A program made the position numbers and the translations under genes. From Candidatus Moraniibacteriota bacterium (GTDB lineage: Bacteria > Patescibacteriota > Minisyncoccia > Moranbacterales > UBA1568): DNA of 64,000 nucleotides. Positions 1 through 10,260 of this stretch are shown piece by piece. Numbering within the stretch: the stretch's first letter is position 1; every line of letters starts with the position of its first letter. Location: assembly GCA_016699975.1 (NCBI GenBank), contig CP064994.1, positions 775,828 through 839,827 of the forward strand, in the 5' to 3' direction. The notes under the pieces were generated by a model that searched no databases, had not been told where the DNA came from, and was given only the letters and a program-made list of their open reading frames with translations.

Positions 1-340
1 AGAATTTGCCGACGCCATGCGCGACGACTTAAATACTCCACTCGCGCTCTCCGTCGCTCTTCGCTCTGCGCGCGCCATTCACCGCGCCCTTGATGAAGGG
101 AAACGACTCGATACGGAAGCGCTCCGTACTTTCGAGGGATTTCTCTTTGAATATTTCGGTCTCATCAAAAAGAACATGTTCAGCAACATTCCCGAATCGG
201 TTCGGACCCTCGCCGAACAGCGCCGCTGTGCACGAGAACAAAAAAACTATGCGGAGGCGGATTCGTTGCGCGAGAAAATAGGAAGCGCCGGCTTCCTCGT
301 GGAAGACACTGCGGACGGATTCGTGTTGGAGAAAAAGTAG
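1..340 (+). CDS. cysS: cysteinyl-tRNA synthetase, C-terminal part (partial, continues upstream of window)
   Basis: ORF 17..340 translation carries the CysRS C-terminal motif region (..DDLNTPLAL.. and DALR-like tail ..AEADSLREKIGSAGFLVEDT..); reading frame is open to position 1. Confidence 0.65.
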   Translation, partial: EFADAMRDDLNTPLALSVALRSARAIHRALDEGKRLDTEALRTFEGFLFEYFGLIKKNMFSNIPESVRTLAEQRRCAREQKNYAEADSLREKIGSAGFLVEDTADGFVLEKK

Positions 341-577
341 AAAAACGCTGCGACCGTCACCATTCAAAATATTCACAAGAGACGTTCTCTCGTTCTGCAG
401 TTTCGACGTCACAAAAAAGCGAGTGAAAATTTTCTCTTCCGGAGAAAGAGGGGAGGAAATGATTTTATAAATACGTTCCATTTTTGATGCCAGAAAATTC
501 TCCATTTCTCTCCGATCGGGCATGAGGCGAGAGGAGGTTCTTGTCAAGACTAACCGGCCTCGTTTTTTTAGGCTACA

Positions 578-1972
578 ATGACACTACTCAGTATTCTCCC
601 CTCTTTTCTCATGGCTTCAAAACACAAATCCCCTTCCGAAACAATGCGCATGCCGCCCCATTCCGAAGAGGCAGAGCAATCTGTCCTCGGCGCTCTCATG
701 CTCGACAAAGACGCGATCACCAAAATCGCGGACATTTTGAAATCGGAAGATTTCTATCGAGATGCACACGCAATGGTCTACGCCGCGATGCTCGAACTCT
801 ACGAGGCTCGCGAGCCGATCGACGTCCTCTCGGTCGCAAACCGTCTCGAAGAAAAAGGTGAAATCGAGACAGTGGGCGGAGCGGCGGCGCTCGCCTCCCT
901 CGTCAATGCCGTTCCCACCGCAACAAACATCGCGCATTATGCGAAGCTCGTTCAACGCAAAGCCACACTGCGGCGCCTCATCGGCGCAGGATCGGACATC
1001 GCCGAAATGGGCTACGACGAGAGTGAAGATGTTGAGAAACGCCTCGACGAAGCGGAACAACGACTCTTCAAAGTCTCTCAAAAATTTATCAAACAGGATT
1101 TTGTTCCTATTAAGCCAATACTCGAAACGGCATTCGAACGAATCGATCAGCTGCACAAAAGCGACCACACCTTCCGCGGAGTTCCCACGGGCTTCCCCGA
1201 TCTCGATACCCTCCTTTCCGGACTTCAGAAATCCGATCTCATCATTCTTGCGGCACGACCATCGATCGGAAAAACGACTTTCGCTCTCGATATCGCCCGC
1301 CAAGTGGGAGTCACCGCCAAAATTCCCGTCGGCATTTTCTCCCTCGAAATGGGATCCGATCAGCTCGTCGATCGCATGATCGCTTCCCATGCAAATGTCG
1401 ATCTCTGGCGCCTGAGAACGGGGAAACTCGAGGAAAACGACTTCGGTTCGATCGGAGAAGCAATCGGAGTATTGAGCGAAGCGCCCATTTTTATCGATGA
1501 TACGGGCTCAGTAAATATCATGGAGATGCGTACTATGGCGAGGCGCCTCCAGGCGGAGCACAAACTCGGCCTTATCATTATCGACTACTTGCAGCTCATG
1601 GAAGGGCGCGCGAGTCGAAGCGGAGATAACCGCGTTCAAGAAATCTCCGAAATTTCCCGTGGTCTCAAACAACTCGCTCGCGAATTGAATATTCCGGTTC
1701 TCGCCCTCTCACAGCTCTCCCGTGCCGTCGAGGCGCGTCCAGATCAAATTCCGAAGCTCTCAGATCTTCGCGAGTCAGGATCAATCGAACAAGATGCGGA
1801 TGTTGTTCTCTTTCTCTATCGTGAAGACCGAGCGAAACCGGACACGCCAAACAAAAATATCGTAGACGTCATCGTGGCAAAACATCGAAACGGTCCAGTC
1901 GGTCGCATTCAACTCTACTTTCACGAAAACGCGGCGACTTTCAAATCACTCGAACGATTCCATGCCGAATAG
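578..1972 (+). CDS. dnaB: replicative DNA helicase DnaB
   Basis: 464-aa ORF; N-terminus PPHSEEAEQSVLGALMLD, Walker A GARPSIGKTTFALD, conserved DnaB C-terminal motifs; true start may be the ATG at 644 (MRMPPHS). Confidence 0.9.
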   Translation: MTLLSILPSFLMASKHKSPSETMRMPPHSEEAEQSVLGALMLDKDAITKIADILKSEDFYRDAHAMVYAAMLELYEAREPIDVLSVANRLEEKGEIETVGGAAALASLVNAVPTATNIAHYAKLVQRKATLRRLIGAGSDIAEMGYDESEDVEKRLDEAEQRLFKVSQKFIKQDFVPIKPILETAFERIDQLHKSDHTFRGVPTGFPDLDTLLSGLQKSDLIILAARPSIGKTTFALDIARQVGVTAKIPVGIFSLEMGSDQLVDRMIASHANVDLWRLRTGKLEENDFGSIGEAIGVLSEAPIFIDDTGSVNIMEMRTMARRLQAEHKLGLIIIDYLQLMEGRASRSGDNRVQEISEISRGLKQLARELNIPVLALSQLSRAVEARPDQIPKLSDLRESGSIEQDADVVLFLYREDRAKPDTPNKNIVDVIVAKHRNGPVGRIQLYFHENAATFKSLERFHAE

Positions 1973-2237
1973 CCCGGATTCTCTTTCTCAGATATTTCTT
2001 TCGGCGCTCCTCTCAACGTTTTATTTCCCTGAAAAATTCCGAAATTGGACCACCTCGTACTTCAAGTGCCACATGAAAAGAAAGGTTTCATAAACGTTCT
2101 TGTTGCCTCCGATTTCCTTCGTTCCTTTTCCTTTTGCTGTGCTCGTGAATAAGAAGACTCGGAATTTGTCTTTTTTCGATATCAAGTTCTGTTCGATTTC
2201 ATTTAATTCTTTCCATTTTTTCTTTTACTTCACGCCC

Positions 2238-2834
2238 GTGTACCCTCAATCTTTTCAAAAATTAATTGATCACTTCTCGTCGCTTCCTTCCGTCGGCCCA
2301 AAAATGGCAGAACGGCTGACACTCCACCTTTTCAAGGCTTCGAATGAAACGCTGGACGACTTTTCGGAAAGTCTTCAAGCTTTGATGCATCTTCGAAGTT
2401 GCTCGCATTGTTTCCATATTGCCGAACATGACCTCTGCGGCATCTGCGCCGACTCACGTCGCGATCCGACTCTCCTCTGCGTCGTCGAAGAACCAATGGA
2501 CGTCATCGCCATTGAACGCTCTGGAACGTATTCAGGTCGTTATCATGTCTTAGGGGGTACGCTCGACGTCTCACCCAAAAAACATGAGAAAAGTTCCCTG
2601 CATCTCGATGAACTCTTCGCACGCGTCGAGACAGAATCATTTTTGGAAATCATTCTCGCCCTCAACCCAACGACCGAAGGCGACCTCACTGCACTTTATT
2701 TAAAGCGAAAACTCTCTTCCTCGAACATAAGAGTGACCCGCCTCGGTCGAGGCCTTTCAACCGGCGGCGATATCGAGTACGCAGACGAGCTCACCCTCTC
2801 TTCCGCGCTCATACACCGTCAAGAGATGAAGTAA
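2238..2834 (+). CDS. recR: recombination protein RecR
   Basis: HhH (LPSVGPKMAERL), C4 zinc finger (CSHCFHIAEHDLCGIC) and Toprim (VVEEPMDVIAIERSG) motifs; the ORF finder reports an upstream ATG at 2100, but homology supports a GTG start at 2238. Confidence 0.85.
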   Translation: MYPQSFQKLIDHFSSLPSVGPKMAERLTLHLFKASNETLDDFSESLQALMHLRSCSHCFHIAEHDLCGICADSRRDPTLLCVVEEPMDVIAIERSGTYSGRYHVLGGTLDVSPKKHEKSSLHLDELFARVETESFLEIILALNPTTEGDLTALYLKRKLSSSNIRVTRLGRGLSTGGDIEYADELTLSSALIHRQEMK

Positions 2835-2959
2835 CATGGGGAATTCACACCGCGTGCGCTTCAAAAAAGAATCGTAAGAGACGCGAAATCGATATATTCG
2901 ACCAGAATGAAATCAGAAAAACCGCCCAGGACATTCGGACGGTTTCTTTTTTTTGAGTC

Positions 2960-4189
2960 TTATTTCCTCGCGCCACAGTGCTCACATACCGGGAGATCTT
3001 TGAAGCGATCTTTCCCGCATGAGCCGCAGACCTCCCGAAGAACATGGGAACATTTGGGACAAAATCGCATTGTTCGATGAATAGAGAATGAACATCCCGG
3101 ACATTTTCTATCCTTGAGACGCCGTACCGCAATAACGGACGGATCGAAAACTTTTTTCTGGATGTAGTAAACGATGCCTCCAAAAAGGAGAATGACAAGA
3201 AAGACCGACCCGTAATACAAGACGTACCGCAAGAAGGCAAATTGCCGGAAGAAGTCGAAGAAAATTTCTATGAGGCGGTACGGGATAATCTCCGCCAGAA
3301 ATCGAAAGACAATTTCGAGAAACAATATCGCCGAAGCAATAAAAACCGCGCCCGCAATAACCGCGTACGGACTATTCTTCCGTTTGTTTTTCAAATAGAA
3401 AGAAAGGCTCATCAGAAAGAACGGGAGTACGAAAAAGAGTGACAAGACAAATACTTTCACGCTATACCATGCGTGATCCACTTTCCGGAGCGAGAGCATC
3501 GATTCATAGCGGCTCGAAAAATCCGGAATAAGTGCGCGAAGCGAAGCAAGTGCCGCTTCGCGCTTTCCTTCTTCCACCTCTCGAGAAGCCTGCAACGCCG
3601 AAAAATCAGTCGTTGCATTCAGGAAATCATTCGCTGTACTATCTTCGTTTTTCTGAACCGAAGGTGGGAGACCGGCCTGTTTTTCTTGGAGACGAATGTC
3701 GTACTCTTTCGTGGTACGATCGAAGCGCTTCTTGGAAGCATTCAGCTCTTCATCAAGATCCTCAATCGCGTCTGTTGATCGCTTATATTCGGTGACAAGT
3801 TCCGCCATTCTCGGAAAATGTTTTACTATTCCCGCTTCCACTTCGTAGGAAGAGGCGACACAATTTTTTGCGGAAGAGGAATCTTCTCCGTCTTCCATTT
3901 CCCAGGAAACCGAAGACATATCCGCTTCCAACTTCCGGTATCGCAGGAGATCCGATTCGTCGCTCACGGCATCGCGAAATCGAGTGGTGCACGCAGAAAT
4001 CTTTTCGGACTTTTTTGGAATCGTCGAGAGATCTTCAAAAACTTTTTGTCCGATCGTCACGATAAATATCACCATCAGAATGAGAAGAAGATATCCCACT
4101 CCTGTCGTCCGCTTCTCGCCCACTTCTTCATAGGGAGCAGTTCCCGACTTTTCACCCGCTTGTTTTTTATCATGAAACCAAGTGCGCAT
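2960..4189 (-). CDS. hypothetical membrane protein with C-terminal double zinc-ribbon (CPGC..CPKC / CGSC..CEHC)
   Basis: Long ORF 2960..4372; predicted TM helix near N-terminus, three TM helices before a C-terminal Cys4+Cys4 ribbon; start placed at internal Met (MRTWFHDKK). Confidence 0.5.
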   Translation of the reverse strand: MRTWFHDKKQAGEKSGTAPYEEVGEKRTTGVGYLLLILMVIFIVTIGQKVFEDLSTIPKKSEKISACTTRFRDAVSDESDLLRYRKLEADMSSVSWEMEDGEDSSSAKNCVASSYEVEAGIVKHFPRMAELVTEYKRSTDAIEDLDEELNASKKRFDRTTKEYDIRLQEKQAGLPPSVQKNEDSTANDFLNATTDFSALQASREVEEGKREAALASLRALIPDFSSRYESMLSLRKVDHAWYSVKVFVLSLFFVLPFFLMSLSFYLKNKRKNSPYAVIAGAVFIASAILFLEIVFRFLAEIIPYRLIEIFFDFFRQFAFLRYVLYYGSVFLVILLFGGIVYYIQKKVFDPSVIAVRRLKDRKCPGCSFSIHRTMRFCPKCSHVLREVCGSCGKDRFKDLPVCEHCGARK

Positions 4190-4303
4190 AGTGTTCGTTG
4201 AAAAAGTAAAGAGGAGCGATTCAACTTTGTAACTGTACAAATGCCCGGGTTCCAAATTTTCTCTCTGGTCTATTATACGAGCATTCTCCAGAAAGAGAAA
4301 ATT

Positions 4304-4328
4304 CCGGCCCCGCTTTGTGCGGGGCCGG
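4304..4328 (-). terminator. rho-independent terminator downstream of khpA-like gene
   Basis: 10-bp GC stem ccggccccgc/gcggggccgg with 5-nt loop, T-rich tract on minus strand. Confidence 0.5.
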
Positions 4329-4433
4329 AAGCAAACAGGTGAATGAAAGACTCTCTTCCTTCCTTGTAACAACAGGTAAAGATCCCGGAAGACATCCTCC
4401 GAAGAAGTGCCCTGTCCCAGAGAAAAACTGAAA

Positions 4434-4805
4434 CTAAATTCTGATTTCGTCCATCACTTCGTCGAGGCTCCGTTTCTCCGGCTGGGCAGTCGATTCGTCA
4501 GATGGTTCCGTCTTGGATCGCACAGAAGCATCTCGGTGACCACGCGTCGAGCCTTCCGGCTCATTGATTTTAAGATTCACACGAGCATTGTTGCGAGCAC
4601 CGATCACGCGAAGCAGTGTACGAAGTGCCTTCGCCGTCACTCCTTCGCGACCAATCACCATACCCATGTCTTCGGAGTTGACATCGAGCGTCACGAGCAC
4701 TCCCATTTCATCGATCTTTCGTTCTACCTTGACGTCTTCCGGATGATCCACCAGCATCTTCACCACATACTCGACAAACTCTCGATCCTTTGCATGCTCC
4801 GTCAT
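4434..4805 (-). CDS. KH-domain RNA-binding protein (KhpA/YlqC-like, UPF0109) with C-terminal extension
   Basis: ..VTLDVNSEDMGMVIGREGVTAKALRTLLRV.. matches the KhpA KH fold/GXXG motif. Confidence 0.7.
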   Translation of the reverse strand: MTEHAKDREFVEYVVKMLVDHPEDVKVERKIDEMGVLVTLDVNSEDMGMVIGREGVTAKALRTLLRVIGARNNARVNLKINEPEGSTRGHRDASVRSKTEPSDESTAQPEKRSLDEVMDEIRI

Positions 4806-4911
4806 ACGCGTACAGAAAAAGGTTACGGCTTACGAGCTTTTTATTTTTGTGCTCCAGCTTCATTATACGGTACGCCCCTCAAGTCAACAAGTATCAATTT
4901 TCCGAGAGAAC

Positions 4912-6228
4912 TCATTCTTTCTCAGGAAGAAAGGGGGTTCGTTTCCAATCGGGAGACTGTCGACAGACACGTGCCAAAAGCATTTCTTTTTCCGATTCGG
5001 AGAGAATTTTTTCTACCGCTTTTTCGAGTCGCATCCCCTGCGACCCTTTGACGAGAACCGTATCGCCTTTTTCGAGAAATCGAACGAGCTCCTCGCCAAG
5101 CTGATCTGGATTTTCGAAGAAGGAAATATGGTCCGAAGGAAATCCCTTTTTGAGAAGTGCTTCTTGTGCAGCACGCATTTCTTTTCCCAAGAGAAACGCG
5201 TGAGATACCCCGCTCTCGAAAATCATGCGAGCAACATCCTGATGCGCCGAAAGGGATTCTCCGCCGAGCTCGAGCATATCGCCGAGTGCGACGATGCGCC
5301 GACCCGACACCGGGAAATGTTGAAGCGTCGAAAAAGCCGCTTCCAGAGAACGAGGAGAAGCATTGTAGCTATCATCAAGAATGAACGATTCCTTCGCGCC
5401 CCTCAAAAGGCGGAGTCGACTGGGAAGCGGTTCGAACTTTGGAGCGCCGCCCTCACATCCAAAAGACTCATTTTCAAAAAGATACCGACCGCGCCCGCCG
5501 CGAGCGCCGCGAGGATATGGTGCTCCGCGAGTACGCCAGGGAGACGAACAGGAATGCTCTTCCCCGCATACTCGAGTTTAAAAGTGAGGCCGAGAGGAAC
5601 GGTGTCGCCATCCGAAAAAAGTCGGGTGTGTTCCTCGAATGTCCGCTTCTTTTTTGAAGCCGTACGAGAGAATCGATGCTCGTGTTTTTCTGAAAACGCG
5701 ATCACGCGCGGGTCATCGGCATTCAAAACGCCGAGACCATCTTCCGGAAGAGAGCGAATGAGTTTTCCCTTCTCGCGCGCCACAATCGAAATCGACTTAA
5801 AAAAATTCCACATGGCTTGTCGAGATGGCAGTGAGGACCCCAATTTTCGGATGGAGAAATTCGAGGAGATAGTCCATATCGCCGATTCGATCAATACCGA
5901 GTTCGAGAACAAGTATCTCGGGATAGAGGCGAGTCGGAATACAAAATGTATGAAGGAATCGAAAGGGAACCGGGAGCCACCTAAGAAAAGATCCGCCTCC
6001 GCCAGAACTTCCGAGAATCGTGAGTGGCACTCCGATTTCGTTATTGAGGTTCCCGAGATTTGAGCGCACTCGAAATGCGGATCCAAGCACAACTCGGATC
6101 GCTTCTTTGGTTGAGCTCTTCCCCACCGAGCCTGTAATCGCAAGCACAAGCGGCCGATGACGGCGAAGAATGGCACGCGCCATGAATCGAAGCGTTCGTT
6201 CCAAAATTTTGATATGCCATGATTTCAT
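4912..6228 (-). CDS. murF: UDP-N-acetylmuramoyl-tripeptide--D-alanyl-D-alanine ligase MurF, interrupted by two apparent frameshifts
   Basis: Three ORF fragments in two frames (5797..6228 N-domain ITGSVGKSSTKE/NNEIGVPLT; 5403..6176 middle VLNADD..; 4912..5406 C-domain DDSYNASP/LGDMLELG); frame breaks at an A7 run near 5800 and at c4/a4 runs near 5403. Confidence 0.8.
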
Positions 6229-6281
6229 ACAACTTGAAAGTCAATCATCGTCTGAAGAAGGAGAGAAAGAAACAAGAGGCT

Positions 6282-8039
6282 TCACCCTTTTCGCTCCGAC
6301 TCGGTGCGCGGAATACCGGAAGACTCGAGCAAAAATTTCATCACCTTTCCGAAGGTCGGGGCCGCACTCGACTCGGCCCATACGACATCTTTCGGATTAT
6401 CTATTTTTACCAAAACAACGAATTCCGGATTCTCAAGTGGAGCATAGCCCACAAACGATCCGATATTCATTCCTTCTTCGTAGCCTTTCTCGCCGCGCTT
6501 CGCGACCTGCGCGGTGCCAGTTTTCCCGACGACGCTATACCCGGGAACATCGGCGCGTTTTCCGTGGCCGTTTACTACCACATTGCGCAGCATCCCGCCA
6601 ATCTCGCGAGCGGTCGATTCGCTCACCACGGATCGGATTTCCTCGGGAGGCACTTCTTCACTCCTCCCATCGGAGAACAAGAGTCGCTCCACGATACGAG
6701 GTTTCATGAGAATACCTCGATTCGCAAGTGCCGCATAGGCATTCGCAATCTGAAGCGGTGTCACCGTTATCCCCTGGCCGAAGGAAGCGGTAAAAAACTC
6801 GATAGAGCGATTCGTATTTTTGAGATTCTGCATATTTCCGCTCGCCTCAGCCGGAAGGCGAACCCCTGTCTCCTGTCCAAACCCGAATCGTTCCAGATAA
6901 TTTCGAAAGCGGCTATTCCCGACCGAGCGCTCCACAAAAATAACACCCGTGTTGATGGATTCCTCAAGCACCTTCATCATCGTGACGCGGCCATATACTT
7001 TTTCTTCCGCGTTTCGAATCGCGTACCCTCCTTCTTTCACGACACCCGTATCCACATACTCCGTACCGGCGTGCACCTTCCCTTCTTCGATGCCGATCGC
7101 CATCGTAATCGGCTTCATGATCGAACCTGGCTCATACGTAAGACTCACCGCTGGATTGAGAAACGCTTCAACATTCTCTGCCTTCGCGTATTCGTTCGGA
7201 TTAAAGTTTGGGAGAGAAGCGAGCGCGCGGATACTTCCCGTCTTCGGCTCAAGAACCACAATCGTTCCGCCGTCTGCATGAAATTCATTAACCGCCTCAC
7301 GAAGAATTTTCTCTACTTCATACTGGAGAACCCGCTCCACGGTGAGAACAATATTCGCTCCATGAATTGGCGCTTCAAAGGTTCGTCCCGCAAGCGGAAT
7401 CCACCGGCCAGCCGCATCACGTTCGTTCGACACGGCGCCCCCGCTCCCGCGAAGCACTTCTTCAAAAGATGCTTCCACACCGTATTGGCCAACTGATTCA
7501 TCTTCCTTCATGCCCACAAAGCCGAGGGTTTGAGAAAGGAGTTCGTCCGCGGGATAGTAGCGGTAGACTTCGGGAAGGAGCCCTATTCCAGGAAGAGCAA
7601 GTGCTCGGATTCGCTCCGCTTCCTCGTCAGAGACGCGACGCTTTACTACTTCGAAGGGATCATTGGTTTTTGAAAATTTTTCTTCAAGGGTTGCTTCTGG
7701 CACGCCGACAATTTCCGAGAGGCGTCTTGCTGTTTCCTTTCCCTCTCCGATATGGGGTGGTACCGCATACACCAGGGAATATCGTCGGTTGACCGCGACC
7801 GGAGAAAGCCCACCGGCATCGCGCAAAAATATTTCTCCGCGATTTGAGGGAAGCACTTTTGTGACCGTTCGTTGTTCTTCGGCGGCGGCTCCATATTCAT
7901 CACTCCGAAGAATTTGAAGGACAAAAAGTCTGCCCGCCAAAACGGAAAAAAGTAGAAAGAGAAAAAGCACGAGAGAAAAAATTCTCCCATGCCTTTCCTT
8001 GTTTTCTCCGCGTCTTCGTTGTGGAACCGTTTTCCTCAT
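6282..8039 (-). CDS. ftsI: peptidoglycan D,D-transpeptidase (PBP2/FtsI class B penicillin-binding protein)
   Basis: 585 aa; N-terminal TM, dimerisation domain, transpeptidase motifs SIMKP(SxxK) and KTGTA. Confidence 0.85.
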   Translation of the reverse strand: MRKTVPQRRRGENKERHGRIFSLVLFLFLLFSVLAGRLFVLQILRSDEYGAAAEEQRTVTKVLPSNRGEIFLRDAGGLSPVAVNRRYSLVYAVPPHIGEGKETARRLSEIVGVPEATLEEKFSKTNDPFEVVKRRVSDEEAERIRALALPGIGLLPEVYRYYPADELLSQTLGFVGMKEDESVGQYGVEASFEEVLRGSGGAVSNERDAAGRWIPLAGRTFEAPIHGANIVLTVERVLQYEVEKILREAVNEFHADGGTIVVLEPKTGSIRALASLPNFNPNEYAKAENVEAFLNPAVSLTYEPGSIMKPITMAIGIEEGKVHAGTEYVDTGVVKEGGYAIRNAEEKVYGRVTMMKVLEESINTGVIFVERSVGNSRFRNYLERFGFGQETGVRLPAEASGNMQNLKNTNRSIEFFTASFGQGITVTPLQIANAYAALANRGILMKPRIVERLLFSDGRSEEVPPEEIRSVVSESTAREIGGMLRNVVVNGHGKRADVPGYSVVGKTGTAQVAKRGEKGYEEGMNIGSFVGYAPLENPEFVVLVKIDNPKDVVWAESSAAPTFGKVMKFLLESSGIPRTESERKG

Positions 8040-8077
8040 GGATTTCTTCCGACATCCTTTCTGCCATTTGGTATCCT

Positions 8078-8446
8078 TTAACGCCCTTTCCCGCCGTAAG
8101 CAATGGGGCCCGGTTCATCGACAGAGGTCGACTCCGTAATAGGCACCATATCAAGTCGAGCACTCGCCTCCTCGAGGCCGTAGAGGGAGCGAAGCTCTGC
8201 CTCTCGTATACGAAGTTTTTGCGATTCATCAGAAAGCTCTGCCATATTTTTTTCCGCCAGTCGCATCGAATATCCCGATACCGCATTTCGATTTACGGAA
8301 AAGAGATAGCCTCCCAAGGAAAGCGCAACAAAAATGGCAGAAAAAACAAGTGATCGATGAAACGAAGATCGAAAATGACTTCCCTTCGTTTCATCTTCCG
8401 AACACACACGATTTCGGTAGAGATTTTTTCTCCTCTTCATAGCCAA
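8078..8446 (-). CDS. ftsL: cell division protein FtsL-like (small bitopic membrane protein)
   Basis: 122 aa, single TM helix plus coiled-coil segment, located between rsmH and ftsI as in dcw clusters. Confidence 0.5.
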   Translation of the reverse strand: MAMKRRKNLYRNRVCSEDETKGSHFRSSFHRSLVFSAIFVALSLGGYLFSVNRNAVSGYSMRLAEKNMAELSDESQKLRIREAELRSLYGLEEASARLDMVPITESTSVDEPGPIAYGGKGR

Positions 8447-8491
8447 TTTTTCTTTGTATTTTTGTGATCGTTCCTGCGAACTTCGCGCGTT

Positions 8492-9448
8492 TCAGGAAAC
8501 CTTTTCTGCGGTGCGAAGTTTTGCGCTCCGGGCCCGCGGGTTTTCAAGGCATTCCGTTTCGCTTGGAACCATTGCTCGCTTCGTCACCAATTGAAGCCGC
8601 GCCCTCTTTCCGCACCGGCAGACGGGAAAATCCCTGGGACAAACGCATCCCCTGGCGTTCTCCAGAAATATCCGCTTCACGAGACGCTCCTCGCCGGAGT
8701 GGAATGAAAGTACCGCTATTCTCCCTTTCGGACGAAGCATTTCGATCGCTTCGTATAAAAATTTCTCCAGCACTTCACGTTCCCGATTGACCGCGATACG
8801 AAGCGCCTGAAACACTTTGGTCGCTGGGTGAATCGAAGCTTTTCGATCCCGCGTATGCGATTTCACGAATTCAGCAAGCTGTATCGTCGTTTCAAAAGAC
8901 GTTTCTTTTCGCGAAAAGGCGATCGCTCTTGCGAGCTCCCTCGCTCCTCGAACTTCCCCAAAATCGGACAGGATGCGAGCGAGTTCCCCCTCATCAACCG
9001 TGCGAAGCAGTTCCTCTGCCGTCACTCCTTTCGACGGATCAAGTCGCATGTCAAGCGGCCCGTCCCGAAGAAACGAAAAGCCACGCGATGCTTCTTCAAG
9101 TTGATCCGAGGAAAATCCGAGATCAGCCACAATTGCCGAGACATCCGACATCCCGTGCGCCCGAAGCGTTTCTTTGAGTTCCGAAAAAGAAGCGTGAACG
9201 AGAATGATATGGCCACTCTCGAGCGCACTACGGTATCGGTCATCACGCTCCAAGCGCTCCCGGAATCGTTGCAGAGCCTCCTGGTCGGCATCAAATCCGA
9301 GAAGCGTTCCTTCCGGAAGAATTTTTTCAAGAACGAGGAGCGCGTGCCCGCCTCCCCCCACGGTGGCGTCCACAACGATATCTCCCCTCATCACCCGAAG
9401 CGCCTCGAGAACTTCCCGCGGCATCACAGGAACATGCAGTGTCGGCAT
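8492..9448 (-). CDS. rsmH: 16S rRNA (cytosine1402-N4)-methyltransferase RsmH (MraW)
   Basis: HVPVM..DATVGGGGHA SAM-binding motif; 318 aa. Confidence 0.9.
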   Translation of the reverse strand: MPTLHVPVMPREVLEALRVMRGDIVVDATVGGGGHALLVLEKILPEGTLLGFDADQEALQRFRERLERDDRYRSALESGHIILVHASFSELKETLRAHGMSDVSAIVADLGFSSDQLEEASRGFSFLRDGPLDMRLDPSKGVTAEELLRTVDEGELARILSDFGEVRGARELARAIAFSRKETSFETTIQLAEFVKSHTRDRKASIHPATKVFQALRIAVNREREVLEKFLYEAIEMLRPKGRIAVLSFHSGEERLVKRIFLENARGCVCPRDFPVCRCGKRARLQLVTKRAMVPSETECLENPRARSAKLRTAEKVS

Positions 9449-9457
9449 AGCAAAAAA

Positions 9458-9892
9458 TCAGTATGCTCCTATCTTGCCCAGCTCTTCCGCGATACGCTCG
9501 GAATTTTCTTCCGCCGCTTTCTGGTATCCTTTCCAACTTTGTTCGTCCCATACCTCGAGGCGATTCCACAATCCCACGACGATCACATCTTTCGAGAGTC
9601 CAGCATACGATTTGAGTGATTCAGGAATGAGGATTCGGCCTTGACTGTCAACTTCCGTATCGAATGCGCCCGCAAGGAGAAGCCGCACAAAACTTCGTGT
9701 TCCCCCTTCCCCAATTGGCATTGATCCCAATTTTTCGGCGAGCGTTTCCCATGTTTTGATGGGATACACAAACAAACACCGGTCAAGCCCGCGCGTCACC
9801 ACGACCCGCTCTCCGAGTTCACTCCGAACTTTGGAAGGCAAAGCGAGTCGTTTTTTCGCATCAATGCTGTGAGTGTATTCACCAATGAACAT
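9458..9892 (-). CDS. mraZ: transcriptional regulator MraZ
   Basis: MFIGEYTHSIDAKKRLALP.. duplicated MraZ domains, 144 aa. Confidence 0.9.
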   Translation of the reverse strand: MFIGEYTHSIDAKKRLALPSKVRSELGERVVVTRGLDRCLFVYPIKTWETLAEKLGSMPIGEGGTRSFVRLLLAGAFDTEVDSQGRILIPESLKSYAGLSKDVIVVGLWNRLEVWDEQSWKGYQKAAEENSERIAEELGKIGAY

Positions 9893-9938
9893 AGCGGCCG
9901 AGAACGAGACGGCTTTTTAAAAAGTTCCTCCAGAATTT

Positions 9939-9953
9939 CCCACTTTTCCCCAC
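9939..9953 (-). promoter_or_regulatory. putative MraZ-binding direct repeats (GTGGG-N5-GTGGG) in mraZ leader
   Basis: minus-strand AGTGGGGAAAAGTGGGAAAT directly downstream of the predicted -10; MraZ is known to bind TGGGN direct repeats with 10-bp periodicity. Confidence 0.4.
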
Positions 9954-9961
9954 TTTTATTT

Positions 9962-9990
9962 CATTCTATGCCACTCGTCTCCCTACTGTC
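9962..9990 (-). promoter_or_regulatory. sigma70-type promoter for mraZ operon (-35 TTGACA, 18-nt spacer, -10 TAGAAT)
   Basis: read on minus strand: TTGACAgtagggagacgagtggcaTAGAAT, about 70 nt upstream of the mraZ start. Confidence 0.5.
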
Positions 9991-10141
9991 AAATAGAATT
10001 GTATCTTGAGCCTTTCTATCCTCTCTTTTCGCGAAGGATTTCTTGAAAGTCTCTTCCAAATCAAAGCTGAATACATATTCCACCGGGACCAAAGTTACGG
10101 AGTTTACTCACTTTCCCCCTCCCCCAAAAAATCCAAGAATG

Positions 10142-10170
10142 TTGACAAAACAATCAGTTTCCATTACAAT
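10142..10170 (+). promoter_or_regulatory. sigma70-type promoter for GGDEF gene (-35 TTGACA, 17-nt spacer, -10 TACAAT)
   Basis: TTGACAaaacaatcagtttccatTACAAT; about 90 nt upstream of the ATG at 10261, which has a GAGGAAAG SD. Confidence 0.55.
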
Positions 10171-10260
10171 CGAAAGCTCTCTTTGAAAACCCAACGAGAG
10201 TTATGCAGTACCTGAACAACCCAAAAATCCATTCATTTTTTCTAAGATGAGGAAAGAAAA

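Noticed and set aside
617-1390. Long antisense ORFs inside dnaB, rsmH (8828..9619), ftsI (6219..7496), enolase and others
   Set aside because: They lie wholly within well-supported conserved genes on the opposite strand. This is a typical shadow-ORF artefact of moderately GC-rich DNA.
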